DNA from: an uncultured Pelagibacteraceae bacterium
GTDB taxonomy: Bacteria; Pseudomonadota; Alphaproteobacteria; Pelagibacterales; Pelagibacteraceae
Length of the DNA stretch: 64,000 nt
Assembly (NCBI GenBank): GCA_902563575.1
Contig: CACEXV010000002.1
Coordinates: forward strand, 94,702 to 158,701
Direction of reading: 5' to 3'
The position numbers and the translations under genes are program-made. The notes below the pieces were generated by a model. The model saw only the letters and a program-made list of their open reading frames with translations. It was not told the origin of the DNA and searched no databases. This document shows positions 41,588 through 51,826 of this stretch, in pieces (the stretch's first letter is position 1; each line of letters opens with the position of its first letter).

Positions 41588-42112
41588 ATGTTTAAATTAT
41601 ATGCGATGAGACATGCTAAATCTAGTTGGGATTTTCCAGATTTAGATGATTATGACAGGCCATTGAATAAAAGAGGGGTAAATTCAGCAAAATTAATTTG
41701 CGAATTTTTTATTAAAAAGAAATTAAAATTTGATTTAGTTTATTGCTCATCCTCTAAAAGGACAATACAAACATTAAATATATTGTCAGAAAAAATCAGT
41801 TTTAAGAAAATTATTAAAAAAAAAGCGCTTTATCATGCTAGTGAGGATGAAATTATTCATATCTTAAAACAAACAGTTGATAATTATAAAACTTTACTTT
41901 TAATCAATCATGAACCTTCAATTAGTGAACTCATAAATCGAATCTGTCTTAAAGAAAACTCCGAACAATTTGAAAATTTAAAAAGAAAATTTCCTACTAC
42001 AGCCGTTGCTGAAGTAAGTTTTAATTTCAATGATTGGGAAAAGTTATCAAAAGTTAAAGGAAAATTAATATCATTTATAAAGCCAAAAGATCTTCAAACA
42101 TCTAAGGAATAG
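41588..42112 (+). CDS. sixA: Phosphohistidine phosphatase, SixA family
   Basis: MRHAKSSW, DYDRPLNKRG, SSSKRT.QT, NHEP, FPT. Confidence 0.85.
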   Translation: MFKLYAMRHAKSSWDFPDLDDYDRPLNKRGVNSAKLICEFFIKKKLKFDLVYCSSSKRTIQTLNILSEKISFKKIIKKKALYHASEDEIIHILKQTVDNYKTLLLINHEPSISELINRICLKENSEQFENLKRKFPTTAVAEVSFNFNDWEKLSKVKGKLISFIKPKDLQTSKE

Positions 42113-42777
42113 CCAGCAGATCTTACTGTTCTGATAAGATCTTTCTTGCCATCAATATTTATTGCTTTTCTTAGTCTTCTTATATGAACATCTATAGTTC
42201 TGGACTCAACATAAATATCATCTCCCCATACAGAATTTAGAAGTTGCTCACGCGAATATACTCTTTTTGGATTCTTTATTAAAAAATCAATTAGTTTAAA
42301 TTCGGTTGGGCCGACTATAACTTGTTTATCTGCTCTATAAACTCTTCGTTGAACTCTATCTACTTTAAGATCCTCAAATACTACAACATCAGCGGCAACA
42401 CTTGGTTTAGATCTCTTTAATAAAGCGTTAACTCTTGCAATAAGTTCTTTTTGGCTGAATGGCTTAGTTACGTAGTCATCAGCTCCTGTTTCAAATCCTT
42501 TAAGTTTGTCTTCTTCCTCACCTTTGGCTGTTAACATAATGATTGGGATATTTTTGTGAAGATTGCTTCTTTTCAAATTTTTACAGACTTCAACACCTGA
42601 AATATCTGGCAACATCCAATCTAATAAAATTAAATCAGGATTTTTTTCCTTTATATTTCTAATAGCGTCTTCTCCATTGACTGCATAATCAACTTTGTGA
42701 CCCTCTTTTTCTAAATTGTATTTAAGTAAAGTTACGATGGGCATTTCATCTTCAACAATGAATAAATATGCCCTCAT
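42094..42777 (-). CDS. phoB: Phosphate regulon response regulator
   Basis: VEDE, LLDWMLP, GADDYVTKPFS, VGPTEF, RTIDVHIRRLRK. Confidence 0.96.
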   Translation of the reverse strand: MRAYLFIVEDEMPIVTLLKYNLEKEGHKVDYAVNGEDAIRNIKEKNPDLILLDWMLPDISGVEVCKNLKRSNLHKNIPIIMLTAKGEEEDKLKGFETGADDYVTKPFSQKELIARVNALLKRSKPSVAADVVVFEDLKVDRVQRRVYRADKQVIVGPTEFKLIDFLIKNPKRVYSREQLLNSVWGDDIYVESRTIDVHIRRLRKAINIDGKKDLIRTVRSAGYSLDV

Positions 42778-43457
42778 TATCCTTTTGGTCGGTCTCCCTC
42801 TAAATAATCTCCTGTAATCAGAAAATAAACTTGCTCTGCAATATTGGTTGCATGATCTCCAATCCTCTCAATATTTTTAAGCATGAAAAGTAGTTGGGTT
42901 ACTTTTTGTATATCGTTTTTATTTTTTTCTAAATGCTTTACTGCAGCTTCCATATTAGAATTAGTCATTTGATCTATTTCTTCATCAGAATTCCAAACAT
43001 TTTCTGCTGTATCTTTAGCTCTATGTAAATACGAATTTAAAACTGCATTGACTTGTTTTGATGCTTTTAAACCAGCTATTTCGAAATTTTTAGTAATATC
43101 ATTAGGTAAATCAGTTCCAATTTTAGTTAATCGTTTTGAGATGTTTTTTGCTAAATCACCAATTCTCTCTAAGTCTGAAGAAACTTTTAAGGCAACAACT
43201 GTTTCTCTTAAATCTATTGCCATAGGTTGCCTTAAGGCAATCAAATTTACAACTTGCTCTTCTATATTTATTTCATACTTATCAGTCAATTCGTCATCTT
43301 TGATAGATTTTTCTGCTAAACTAATGTCTTTTTTAACTAAAGATTGAATAGTGTTTTCAAGCTGTTTCTCAACTCCAGTTCCCATTTTCACTATTGTATC
43401 TTTTAATAACTGAAGTTGCTCTTCGTAAGATTTTACAATGTGCGGTTTTTCACTCAT
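42777..43457 (-). CDS. phoU: Phosphate signalling protein PhoU
   Basis: RQPMAIDLR, DLERIGDLA, NIERIGDHATNIAE. Confidence 0.96.
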   Translation of the reverse strand: MSEKPHIVKSYEEQLQLLKDTIVKMGTGVEKQLENTIQSLVKKDISLAEKSIKDDELTDKYEINIEEQVVNLIALRQPMAIDLRETVVALKVSSDLERIGDLAKNISKRLTKIGTDLPNDITKNFEIAGLKASKQVNAVLNSYLHRAKDTAENVWNSDEEIDQMTNSNMEAAVKHLEKNKNDIQKVTQLLFMLKNIERIGDHATNIAEQVYFLITGDYLEGDRPKG

Positions 43458-44212
43458 TAACCAAACCTTCCTGTAATATAATCCTGAGTTTGCTGATTAT
43501 CAGGATTTTTAAATATTTTATCTGTTGGTCCAAATTCTATAAGTTTTCCCAAATGAAAGAAACCTGTTTTTTGAGATACCCTAGCTGCTTGTGACATTGA
43601 GTGGGTAACTATCACAATTGTGACCTCTTTTTTAAGATCATCTATAAGTTCTTCAATTTGAGCTGTTGCTATTGGGTCAAGCGCTGAACATGGTTCGTCC
43701 ATAAGAATCACTTCTGGACTTACAGATATAGCTCTAGCAATACATAGTCGTTGCTGTTGACCTCCTGATAAACCAGTTCCGATTTCATCAAGTCTATCTT
43801 TAACTTCGTTCCACAAGGCAGCTTTTTTCAAACTTTTTTCAACTATTTGATCCATTTCTTCTTTGCTCTGTGCAATACCGTGAATAGTAGGACCATAAGC
43901 TACATTTTCATAAATTGTTTTAGGGAATGGATTGGGTTTTTGAAAAACCATACCAACGTTCTCCCTAAGTCTCACAACATCTAACTTTCTTGAATTCAGT
44001 TCTAGGTTGTCCATTTTAATACTGCCTTCAACTCTACAAATTTCTATGACGTCGTTCATCCTGTTCAAGCATCTTAAGAAAGTAGACTTTCCACACCCAG
44101 ATGGTCCAATTAAAGCTGTAACTTCTTTTTCTGCTATATCTATAGAGACGTCAAATAATGCCTGTTTGGATCCGTAATAAACATTTAAATTTTCCGCTTT
44201 TATTTTACTCAT
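43457..44212 (-). CDS. pstB: Phosphate ABC transporter ATPase
   Basis: [46 protein letters not shown]. Confidence 0.97.
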   Translation of the reverse strand: MSKIKAENLNVYYGSKQALFDVSIDIAEKEVTALIGPSGCGKSTFLRCLNRMNDVIEICRVEGSIKMDNLELNSRKLDVVRLRENVGMVFQKPNPFPKTIYENVAYGPTIHGIAQSKEEMDQIVEKSLKKAALWNEVKDRLDEIGTGLSGGQQQRLCIARAISVSPEVILMDEPCSALDPIATAQIEELIDDLKKEVTIVIVTHSMSQAARVSQKTGFFHLGKLIEFGPTDKIFKNPDNQQTQDYITGRFG

Positions 44213-45484
44213 TTAACTCCATTTCTTTTCAAATTTGTGTCTAACGATTTGAGCTGCCAAGTTCATTAAAATTAAAAAAGCTAGAAGCACCATAATACAT
44301 GCAGATACTTTTTCAACGAAACCCCTCTCAGCACTTTCTGACCATATATATATCTGAACTGGTAAACTTGCAGCAGGATCAACTGGCGTACCAGGTATTG
44401 TATTCACAAAAGCAACCATTCCTATTAAAATTAAAGGGGCCGTTTCGCCTAAAGCTTGAGCCAAGCCAATTATCGTTCCAGATAAAGTTCCAGGCATTGA
44501 TAGTGGCACAGTATGATGCATGGTTGTTTGCATATTACTTGCACCCATCGCTAAAGCAGCTTCTCTTATACTTGGGGGAACAGCTTTTAAAGAAGCTCTT
44601 GCAGCAATAATTATTGTTGGTAATGTCATAAGAGACAAAGTAATTCCTCCAACAAGTGGTGTCGATCTTGGTAAATTAAAAACTGCTAATAAAACACCAA
44701 GACCTAGCAAACCAAATACTATCGATGGAACAGCTGCTAAATTATTAATGTTTACTTCTATAAAATCTGTAAATTTATTTTTTGGTGCGAATTCCTCGAG
44801 ATAAATTGCAGCTAACACTGCAATAGGAAATGAAAACGCTAAACATACTAGTATACTAAAAACTGTTCCCATAAACGAGCTAGCTATACCTGCTAGTTCT
44901 GCCTCTCTTGAGTCAGGGCTTGTAAAAAAACTAATGTTAAACTCTGATAAAATATCCCCTCTTTCATTAAGCATATCGTAAATCTGCAGCTGATAATCAT
45001 TTACTCTTCTATTCTTTTCAGGGATATCTCTTGGATAATTTCCCTTATGAACTTGATCAACATCATCAGAAGCTGTTAATTTTATGGGAACTATTTTACC
45101 CAGAAAGTCTGGATTTTTTAAAAGTAGATCTTTAACTTCTGTCTCATATTTATATGAAACCATTTGAATCAATTGACGATCCTCTTCTTCAGGAAGTCCA
45201 GGATCTAATGAGGTCATAGCTTTGTAAGCAACATCATAATAGTCTGCATTTTCTAAATCATCTTTTGATGGACTTTCTGCATCGATTAAAAGTAATTCTT
45301 TATCATAATGAACTTCTGTTACTATCCAAGTTTTTTGGAAAGCTGAGTAACCTTTTGAAAATATCTGAAACATAAAAACTGCTAAAAAGCTTAAAGCTAA
45401 TCCTATAGCTATTTTGCCATACCATTGAAATCTTCTTTCAGCGTTATATCTTTTTTTTAATAAATTTTTCTTAAAACTATTCAT
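44213..45484 (-). CDS. pstA: Phosphate ABC transporter permease PstA
   Basis: NINNLAAVPSIVFGLLG, ALGETAPL; start placed at MNSF (45484). Confidence 0.95.
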   Translation of the reverse strand: MNSFKKNLLKKRYNAERRFQWYGKIAIGLALSFLAVFMFQIFSKGYSAFQKTWIVTEVHYDKELLLIDAESPSKDDLENADYYDVAYKAMTSLDPGLPEEEDRQLIQMVSYKYETEVKDLLLKNPDFLGKIVPIKLTASDDVDQVHKGNYPRDIPEKNRRVNDYQLQIYDMLNERGDILSEFNISFFTSPDSREAELAGIASSFMGTVFSILVCLAFSFPIAVLAAIYLEEFAPKNKFTDFIEVNINNLAAVPSIVFGLLGLGVLLAVFNLPRSTPLVGGITLSLMTLPTIIIAARASLKAVPPSIREAALAMGASNMQTTMHHTVPLSMPGTLSGTIIGLAQALGETAPLILIGMVAFVNTIPGTPVDPAASLPVQIYIWSESAERGFVEKVSACIMVLLAFLILMNLAAQIVRHKFEKKWS

Positions 45485-46853
45485 ATTTTTCCCTATATTT
45501 TTTAACAACTGAAAGAGCGATTACATTTAAAAATAAAGTTACTATAAATAAAGATATTCCCAAGGCAAAAGCTGATTGAGTTTTTGGATCTCCAAATTGT
45601 TGGTCTCCAATTAAAATTACTACAATTTGTGCTGTAATGGTTGAAGTTGACTCAAGGGGGTTCATTGTAAGATTAGCCGCTAGTCCTGAGGCCATTACAA
45701 CAATCATTGTTTCTCCCACCGCTCTTGATACTGCTAAAAGTATCGAACCTACGATACCAGGTAAGGCTGCTGGAAAAATTACTTTTTTTACAGTTTCAGA
45801 TTTTGTTGCACCCATTGCGTAACTTCCATCTCTTAAATTTTGCGGTACTGCTGTTATAACGTCATCGCTTAGACTTGAAATAAAAGGAATTATCATTACT
45901 CCCATAACTGCTCCTGCAGCTAAAGCGCTCTCCGCTGAAACTTCTAAACCCATAGCATTACCTATTTCTTTAACAAAAGGACCGACGGTTAAAGCTGCAA
46001 AAAAACCATACACCACTGTTGGAATACCAGCTAAAATCTCAATAATAGGTTTCGCATATTTTCTTACGCCTCTTCCAGCATACTCAGATAGATATATCCC
46101 ACTCAGCAAACCTATGGGGATGGCAACACACATTGCAATAAAAGCAATAAAAAAAGTTCCAGCAAATAAAGGCACAGCTCCGAAAGCATCCTTCATTAAT
46201 TCAGGATCTGGTTGGCCATCTCTTACAAAAGTTTTAGCAGGATACCAATGAGTTCCGAATATAAAGTCAAAGATTTTTACTGCTTGAAAAAACCTAATCG
46301 CTTCGAATAAAAGTGAAAAAACTATTCCGATTGTAACTAAAACTGCGCCTAATGATGCAACAAATAACACCCATTTAAGAAAAATTTCTACTGGTTCTCT
46401 CATGCGATCATTTTTTTGAACAGATCTATATGCAAAACTCAGAGAGAAAATTAAAATTGCTAAAATAATTGCTACTTTAGCGCTGTTAGCTATTCCTTTT
46501 AATTGAATGTACTTATTAGCAGACTCATCTAGAAAATTAGTAATATTTCCCGTGTAAGTTCCTGCGGCTAATGCTTTAACCTTTGTGTAAATAAGCTGAA
46601 GCTCATTTTTAGTTAAGTTCTGATCAGTGTAATCTTGTAAAATAAATGTTTTAACTATTGATGGTTCAAAAACTGACCAAAGAGCAAAAATTATTAATGC
46701 TGGTGCAGCACACCAAGCAGCTAAATAATATCCATAAAATTTTGGTAATGCCGTAAGTCTTTGTGATGATTGAATAACTAGAGCTTTTTTTCTACCAAAA
46801 TAATAACTTGTGAATGCTAAGAGAATAATAAAAGTTACAAGTATTAAATTCAT
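45477..46853 (-). CDS. pstC: Phosphate ABC transporter permease PstC
   Basis: EILAGIPTVVYGFFA, SRAVGETMIV. Confidence 0.95.
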   Translation of the reverse strand: MNLILVTFIILLAFTSYYFGRKKALVIQSSQRLTALPKFYGYYLAAWCAAPALIIFALWSVFEPSIVKTFILQDYTDQNLTKNELQLIYTKVKALAAGTYTGNITNFLDESANKYIQLKGIANSAKVAIILAILIFSLSFAYRSVQKNDRMREPVEIFLKWVLFVASLGAVLVTIGIVFSLLFEAIRFFQAVKIFDFIFGTHWYPAKTFVRDGQPDPELMKDAFGAVPLFAGTFFIAFIAMCVAIPIGLLSGIYLSEYAGRGVRKYAKPIIEILAGIPTVVYGFFAALTVGPFVKEIGNAMGLEVSAESALAAGAVMGVMIIPFISSLSDDVITAVPQNLRDGSYAMGATKSETVKKVIFPAALPGIVGSILLAVSRAVGETMIVVMASGLAANLTMNPLESTSTITAQIVVILIGDQQFGDPKTQSAFALGISLFIVTLFLNVIALSVVKKYREKYE

Positions 46854-46870
46854 ATTGCGCTTCCAGAGAT

Positions 46871-46897
46871 AAAAAGGGGGTAAAATACCCCCTTTTT
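46871..46897 (-). terminator. Hairpin/terminator between pstS and pstC
   Basis: AAAAAGGGGGTA-AAA-TACCCCCTTTTT; would favour excess pstS mRNA. Confidence 0.8.
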
Positions 46898-46912
46898 GTT
46901 TAATTGATACTA

Positions 46913-47917
46913 CTACTTCTTAGCAGGCATGTTAACTAACTTCGTAGCGTTAGTTCTAGATGTTTTGTATAACTTGCCATCTAGAGGTACTAGCCCGATA
47001 TCAGTTAAATAACCTTTTTTACCCATAGCTTTTTTACTTGTGAACTCTTTTACGAATTCATGTAAGCCTGGTACAACGCCCACGTGAGCTTTTTTCACGT
47101 AGAAGAATAAAGGTCTTGCAACTGCGTAACTGTAATCTTGAATCGAAGATAGACTTGGTTGACCACCTTCAATGCTTGCAGCTTGCAATTTATCTTTTGC
47201 AGCTAAGAAATAACTGAAACCAAAGAAACCGAACATTTCTTTGTCCGCAGCTAATTTTTGAATAATAAGTGAGTCGTTCTCACCAACTTCAATTACCGCA
47301 CCATCTTCTCTTAACGCTTTATATTTAGCGCCAGCTTTTTTAGAAGCATCATCGATACCTTTTTTCATTACTAATGAATTCCAAGCATCTCTTGTTCCTG
47401 ATGTTCCTGGAGGCACCATAACTTTGATAGGGTAGTTTGGTAATGATGGGTCGATATCACTCCAATTTTTATATGGATTTGGTACTAACGCACCATCTTT
47501 AGCAACTTCTTTTGCTAATGCTGCCCATAATTGTTTTTTTGTAAAGTTTACTGGTTTAGCATCTTTAGAATAAGCTAACGTTATTCCATCGTTACCAACT
47601 GTAATCTCTACGATTTCTTCAACACCATTTTTTTGACATAGCGCATACTCTTTAGCCTTCATAGCTCTAGATGCATTTGTTATGTCTGGGTGCTCTGTAC
47701 CAACTCCAGCACAGAATAATTTAGCTCCACCACCTGTTCCTGTTGACTCGATTACTGGTGTTTTAAATTTACCAGACGAACCAAATCTTTCAGCAACGAT
47801 TGTTGCATACGGGAATACAGTTGAAGAACCTACGATTTTAATCTGATCTCTAGCTTGAGCAGAAGTTACAACTAACATTGCAACTAATGAAGCTAAAGCG
47901 ATTGATAGTTTTCTCAT
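46913..47917 (-). CDS. pstS: Phosphate ABC transporter substrate-binding protein
   Basis: Signal peptide, ARDQIKIVGSSTVFP, ESTGTGGG, SGTRD, YAVARPLFFY; SD AAGGA. Confidence 0.96.
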   Translation of the reverse strand: MRKLSIALASLVAMLVVTSAQARDQIKIVGSSTVFPYATIVAERFGSSGKFKTPVIESTGTGGGAKLFCAGVGTEHPDITNASRAMKAKEYALCQKNGVEEIVEITVGNDGITLAYSKDAKPVNFTKKQLWAALAKEVAKDGALVPNPYKNWSDIDPSLPNYPIKVMVPPGTSGTRDAWNSLVMKKGIDDASKKAGAKYKALREDGAVIEVGENDSLIIQKLAADKEMFGFFGFSYFLAAKDKLQAASIEGGQPSLSSIQDYSYAVARPLFFYVKKAHVGVVPGLHEFVKEFTSKKAMGKKGYLTDIGLVPLDGKLYKTSRTNATKLVNMPAKK

Positions 47918-47985
47918 TGTTTATCCTTTCATTTATTAATTAATTAACAAACATTGGACTCATAGAATTAAGAGGACTCTTAATT

Positions 47986-48014
47986 ATTACAGATATGTTA
48001 CAAATTTATTAAAA
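47986..48014 (-). promoter_or_regulatory. Pho box upstream of pstS
   Basis: 11-bp periodic TTTTAAT-AAAT-TTGTAAC-ATAT-CTGTAAT versus consensus CTGTCAT-AWAW-CTGTMAY. Confidence 0.78.
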
Positions 48015-48024
48015 TGATAACTTT

Positions 48025-48636
48025 TTAGTTGAACTTTCTAGTTATCTCGATTTGTTGATAATCAGAGGCTAAAGACCCTCCGCAACTAAAAGGTCTTACT
48101 TTATTTTTAATAGCGTAGGATTGCGTTGGCTTTAATGTAACTTCTAGTTGTACAAAGTTAACTAATTTTTGAGTAAAACCTTTATCATATCTCCACGCGT
48201 TCCATTGTGTAGGAGCGGTGAATACTTCACTTAAATAAGATGCAGCTTGTGAGTGAATCATATTGCTCTCGTTTTGTCCTTTTAAAAGATTATTTTTAAC
48301 TTTTTCAAAAATTTTTCTACATTTGATTGAGTCCGCCATGTACGATTTAGCATTTAAATGAGTGCTCATCGGTGCTGACACAATTAATTGAATTCCATCG
48401 TATCTTCTTGAAAATAAAGCTTCAGTATAAATTGTAGATACATTTTTACTATCTACTTCAAGAACTAAATCGTTTTTAGCTTGCCTAAGATCGTTTTTAA
48501 GTCTTAAAAGTCCAAGATCAAAAACTGTGAGAGGTTGAGAACGTAAAGTTTTCTCAATTAAGTTTACATCTGCCTTAACAGTTGTAAAAGTTAAAGTTAA
48601 TAAAACCAGAATTATATAATTTGTTATTCTAGTCAT
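48025..48636 (-). CDS. Hypothetical secreted protein between phoR and pstS
   Basis: 203-aa ORF filling the gap; signal peptide ending VKA-D; two Cys; no motif recognised. Confidence 0.8.
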   Translation of the reverse strand: MTRITNYIILVLLTLTFTTVKADVNLIEKTLRSQPLTVFDLGLLRLKNDLRQAKNDLVLEVDSKNVSTIYTEALFSRRYDGIQLIVSAPMSTHLNAKSYMADSIKCRKIFEKVKNNLLKGQNESNMIHSQAASYLSEVFTAPTQWNAWRYDKGFTQKLVNFVQLEVTLKPTQSYAIKNKVRPFSCGGSLASDYQQIEITRKFN

Positions 48637-48699
48637 ACTAGAATTTTAACTATTTTACTGTCTATCTCAAGACATAATTTAATAAATTTGTGATATTTG

Positions 48700-49896
48700 C
48701 TAAAATTTAGAAAAGTGAACCTTTATTTCGGTGCCACTTTGAGCCTCACTTTTTATTTCTAACTCACCTCTATGCTGATTAACAATGTGCTTCACGATCG
48801 CCATTCCAAGTCCAGTGCCACCAACTTTTTTACTTTTAGCTGCATCAACTCTAAAAAATCTTTCTGTAATTCTCGGAAGTTGTTCAGTTGGAATTCCAAT
48901 ACCATTATCTTTAATGGACACGGTGTAAGAGTCTCCTATTACTTTTCCGTTACCTTGTCCACAATTAACCTCGATCTTTTTATTTTTTTCTGAATATTTT
49001 ATACTGTTATCAATAATATTTGAAAAAACTTCAATTAATTTTTCATGATCGCCTTTAATAAAGAAATCATCTTTTATATTATTTTTAAATTCAAAAGATT
49101 TTAAATTTTTTTGATGGATGTCTTCAACGTTACTTAAAATTTCTTTTAAATTTACTTTATCTTGAGGCTGTATATGTTCCTCTAACTCAATTTTACTTAG
49201 TGAAAGTAAATCTTTAATTAAGCTTTCCATCCTATCAGCTTGCTCAAGCATTATCGGTATGAATTTTTTTTGTGCTTCTAAATCATCTTTCGCATGTCCG
49301 CTTATAGTTTCTAGAAATCCTTTAATAGAAACTAAAGGCGTTTTAAGTTCATGGCTTACATTGGCTACAAAATCAGATTTGAACCTTTGCGCTTTTATAA
49401 TATCAGTTAAATCTTTTAGAAATAAAACAACTGAGTCAGGATCATCGACATATGAGGTCGGTCCAGAGAATAGATGAACTTTAAAGAACTGAAATGAGGG
49501 AGAGGATAATTCTAAATCCATAGTGATTGTCTCTTTTTTTAAAAGCACTAAATCAATATTTTGGAGTAAATCAGGAACTCTTAATAAAGTAGCCACGTGC
49601 TTATTTAAATTATTTTCTCCAAATTTTTTTTTTGCACTATTATTAAAAAATTTGATATTTTTAAATTTATCTACAATTAAAATTAGATCATCGATTTGAT
49701 TTATAATCTTTACTTGCTCATTAGTTTTTTCAATATTTTCATTGGTGATGTCTTCTATTCCCTCTTCATTATTACTTGGTTTGTTCTCTCTCTTAATATC
49801 GGATCTTGCCTCCATACCTGCTACAATTGATTTTCTGGATACTGCAATTACTACGATCACAATTATTCCAGCAAGAGAGTAAAATAATAATTCCAT
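48700..49896 (-). CDS. phoR: Phosphate sensor histidine kinase
   Basis: Single N-terminal TM, PAS-like region, H-box FVANVSHELKTPL, DNGIGI, ERFFRVD, GGTGLG; pho context. Confidence 0.9.
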   Translation of the reverse strand: MELLFYSLAGIIVIVVIAVSRKSIVAGMEARSDIKRENKPSNNEEGIEDITNENIEKTNEQVKIINQIDDLILIVDKFKNIKFFNNSAKKKFGENNLNKHVATLLRVPDLLQNIDLVLLKKETITMDLELSSPSFQFFKVHLFSGPTSYVDDPDSVVLFLKDLTDIIKAQRFKSDFVANVSHELKTPLVSIKGFLETISGHAKDDLEAQKKFIPIMLEQADRMESLIKDLLSLSKIELEEHIQPQDKVNLKEILSNVEDIHQKNLKSFEFKNNIKDDFFIKGDHEKLIEVFSNIIDNSIKYSEKNKKIEVNCGQGNGKVIGDSYTVSIKDNGIGIPTEQLPRITERFFRVDAAKSKKVGGTGLGMAIVKHIVNQHRGELEIKSEAQSGTEIKVHFSKF

Positions 49897-49938
49897 GATT
49901 TGATTATACTTTAAAGATATAGACTAAAGAAATATTTT

Positions 49939-50946
49939 TTAGCGGTTTGATACCGCACTATTTAAAAAGATTTTTGCGCAATTTTCCCAGGTATATTTTT
50001 TTGCATGCTCAATGCAAGCGCTTCTATCTGACTTAAGAGCTTCAAGTGCTGCTTTTTTAAGATCGTTGTTTAACGAGCCAATGTTTGTACCGTTAAAAAT
50101 ATCTTTTGGTCCTGCTACTGGGTAAGCAGCTACTGGCAATCCACATTTTAAAGCTTCTATAATTACAATTCCAAAAGTATCTGTTTTGCTCGGGAAAACA
50201 AAAACATCAGAAGAAGCAAAGTAACTTGCAAGCTCACCATTTGTTCTCTCTCCTTTAAATATTGCTTCAGGGTATTCTTTTTTAAGTTTATCTAAATCAG
50301 GTCCTTTACCAACAACTAGTTTCGTGCCTTCTAACTCTAAATCCAGAAATGCTCTGATGTTCTTCTCAATAGATACCCTACCCACATAAAGATAAATTGG
50401 TCTTTTATACTCTAAATTAATCTTTTTAGGCTTTTGAAATGCCCCGTGGTTTGCCCCTCTGGTCCAAACAACCATCTTATCCTTATCAAAACCAATTTCT
50501 TGAAGTTCATCTTTCATTGATTGAGTTGTTACTAAAATTTTTTCCGCCTTTGAATGAAATCCTTTAAGGAACTTTTGAGCAAGCTTAATTGGCAAATAAG
50601 GATAGTATAACTTCAAATATTTATCAAATTGAGTATGGTAAGACGTGGTAAACTTAAGCTTATTTTTTACACAATATCTTTTTGCAAATATTCCTATCGG
50701 GCCTTCTGTTGCTATGTGAATTATGTCAGCATCGGCTTTAGAAATTAATCTACCTACTCTAGGCCAAACATTAAGAGAAAGTTTTATTTCATTATATTTT
50801 GGCATTGGCACAGTAAAAAATTGATTAGGTTCAATATATTCAACCTGATGTCCAATTTTTTTTAATTCATCGCCAAGATTTTTTAAAGTTCTACAAACAC
50901 CATTCACTTGCGGATACCAGGCATCAGTAACGATTAAAATTTTCAT
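49939..50946 (-). CDS. agt: GT4 glycosyltransferase, Agt-like glycolipid synthase
   Basis: TDAWYPQVNGV, HIATEGPIG, YHTQF, VGRVSIEKN, FPSKTDTFG; directly downstream of plcP. Confidence 0.82.
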   Translation of the reverse strand: MKILIVTDAWYPQVNGVCRTLKNLGDELKKIGHQVEYIEPNQFFTVPMPKYNEIKLSLNVWPRVGRLISKADADIIHIATEGPIGIFAKRYCVKNKLKFTTSYHTQFDKYLKLYYPYLPIKLAQKFLKGFHSKAEKILVTTQSMKDELQEIGFDKDKMVVWTRGANHGAFQKPKKINLEYKRPIYLYVGRVSIEKNIRAFLDLELEGTKLVVGKGPDLDKLKKEYPEAIFKGERTNGELASYFASSDVFVFPSKTDTFGIVIIEALKCGLPVAAYPVAGPKDIFNGTNIGSLNNDLKKAALEALKSDRSACIEHAKKYTWENCAKIFLNSAVSNR

Positions 50947-51762
50947 TTATTTATTTACTACTTTTAGATATGGCTTGTAATCGACAACATCACCTCTGAT
51001 TTTGTCCCAGTCAATAACTTCCATGCGACCATCGAAATGTTCTACCAAGAAAGTTGCACCTTCTACCCAATCACCACAATTTAAATATCTCACACCATCT
51101 AAGACTTGATCGGCAGAATGATGAATATGACCACAAATTATACCATCAACATTTTTTTTTTTAGCATAAGTTGCTAAAGTTTTTTCATAATCGCCTATAT
51201 ATTTTACAGCGTTCTTTACTTTGTGTTTTAAATATTTTGCTAAAGACCAATTACCCTTTTTAAATAATCTTCTAAAAAAATTGATAACAACATTAAACTC
51301 AAGTAAAAAACTATAAGCAATAGCTCCTACTTTTGATAACCATGGAGCATATTTCATCACTCCATCCCAGGCATCACCATGAACAACAATATACTTTTTA
51401 TTATCTGAGCTTACATGTATGGCTCTATTTACAACTTCAATATCACCAAAATGTAATGGTAAAAATTTTCTGAAGACATCATCATGATTTCCAACAATAT
51501 ATTTTACTTTTGTTCCATGTCTTGCTTTTCTTAATGTTTTTTGAATCACATCATTATGTTCTTGAGGCCAGTAAAATTTTGTTTTTAAAGCCCAAACATC
51601 AATGATATCACCAACAAGATATAAATTCTCTGACCTTGAATGTTTGTAAAATTCTAATAATTTGTTAGCTGCACTTTTTCTATGCCCAAGGTGCAAGTCG
51701 GAAATAAAGATGCTTTTGTAATTTAAAATCTTTCCCTTAGATTTAGTTTGAATTGTTTCCAT
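50947..51762 (-). CDS. plcP: Metallophosphoesterase, PlcP-type phospholipase C
   Basis: ISDLHLG, LVGDIID, GNHD, HGD, CGHIH, NCGDWVE; Pho box upstream and agt downstream; start at METI (51762). Confidence 0.85.
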   Translation of the reverse strand: METIQTKSKGKILNYKSIFISDLHLGHRKSAANKLLEFYKHSRSENLYLVGDIIDVWALKTKFYWPQEHNDVIQKTLRKARHGTKVKYIVGNHDDVFRKFLPLHFGDIEVVNRAIHVSSDNKKYIVVHGDAWDGVMKYAPWLSKVGAIAYSFLLEFNVVINFFRRLFKKGNWSLAKYLKHKVKNAVKYIGDYEKTLATYAKKKNVDGIICGHIHHSADQVLDGVRYLNCGDWVEGATFLVEHFDGRMEVIDWDKIRGDVVDYKPYLKVVNK

Positions 51763-51796
51763 ATTTTTTATAAAACGAGTCTCTAGTACAAGTAGA

Positions 51797-51825
51797 ATCA
51801 TAAATATGTTACAGAATTGTTAAAA
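51797..51825 (-). promoter_or_regulatory. Pho box upstream of plcP, abutting the divergent dgk start
   Basis: TTTTAAC-AATT-CTGTAAC-ATAT-TTATGAT, 11-bp period, very similar to the pstS box. Confidence 0.72.
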
Positions 51826-51826
51826 T

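Noticed and set aside
41652-41658. Perfect PhoB half-site CTGTCAT (minus strand) upstream of ppk1
   Set aside because: Single half-site with no good partner 11 bp away, and fixed by the conserved SixA DYDR codons.
37842-47950. Shared 14-mer TTGTTAATTAATTA in the candidate sRNA and the pstS leader, with near copies in the accA/glcB spacer
   Set aside because: Almost pure A/T and low complexity. In intergenic DNA this AT-rich, a few such matches are expected by chance. It would need conservation data.
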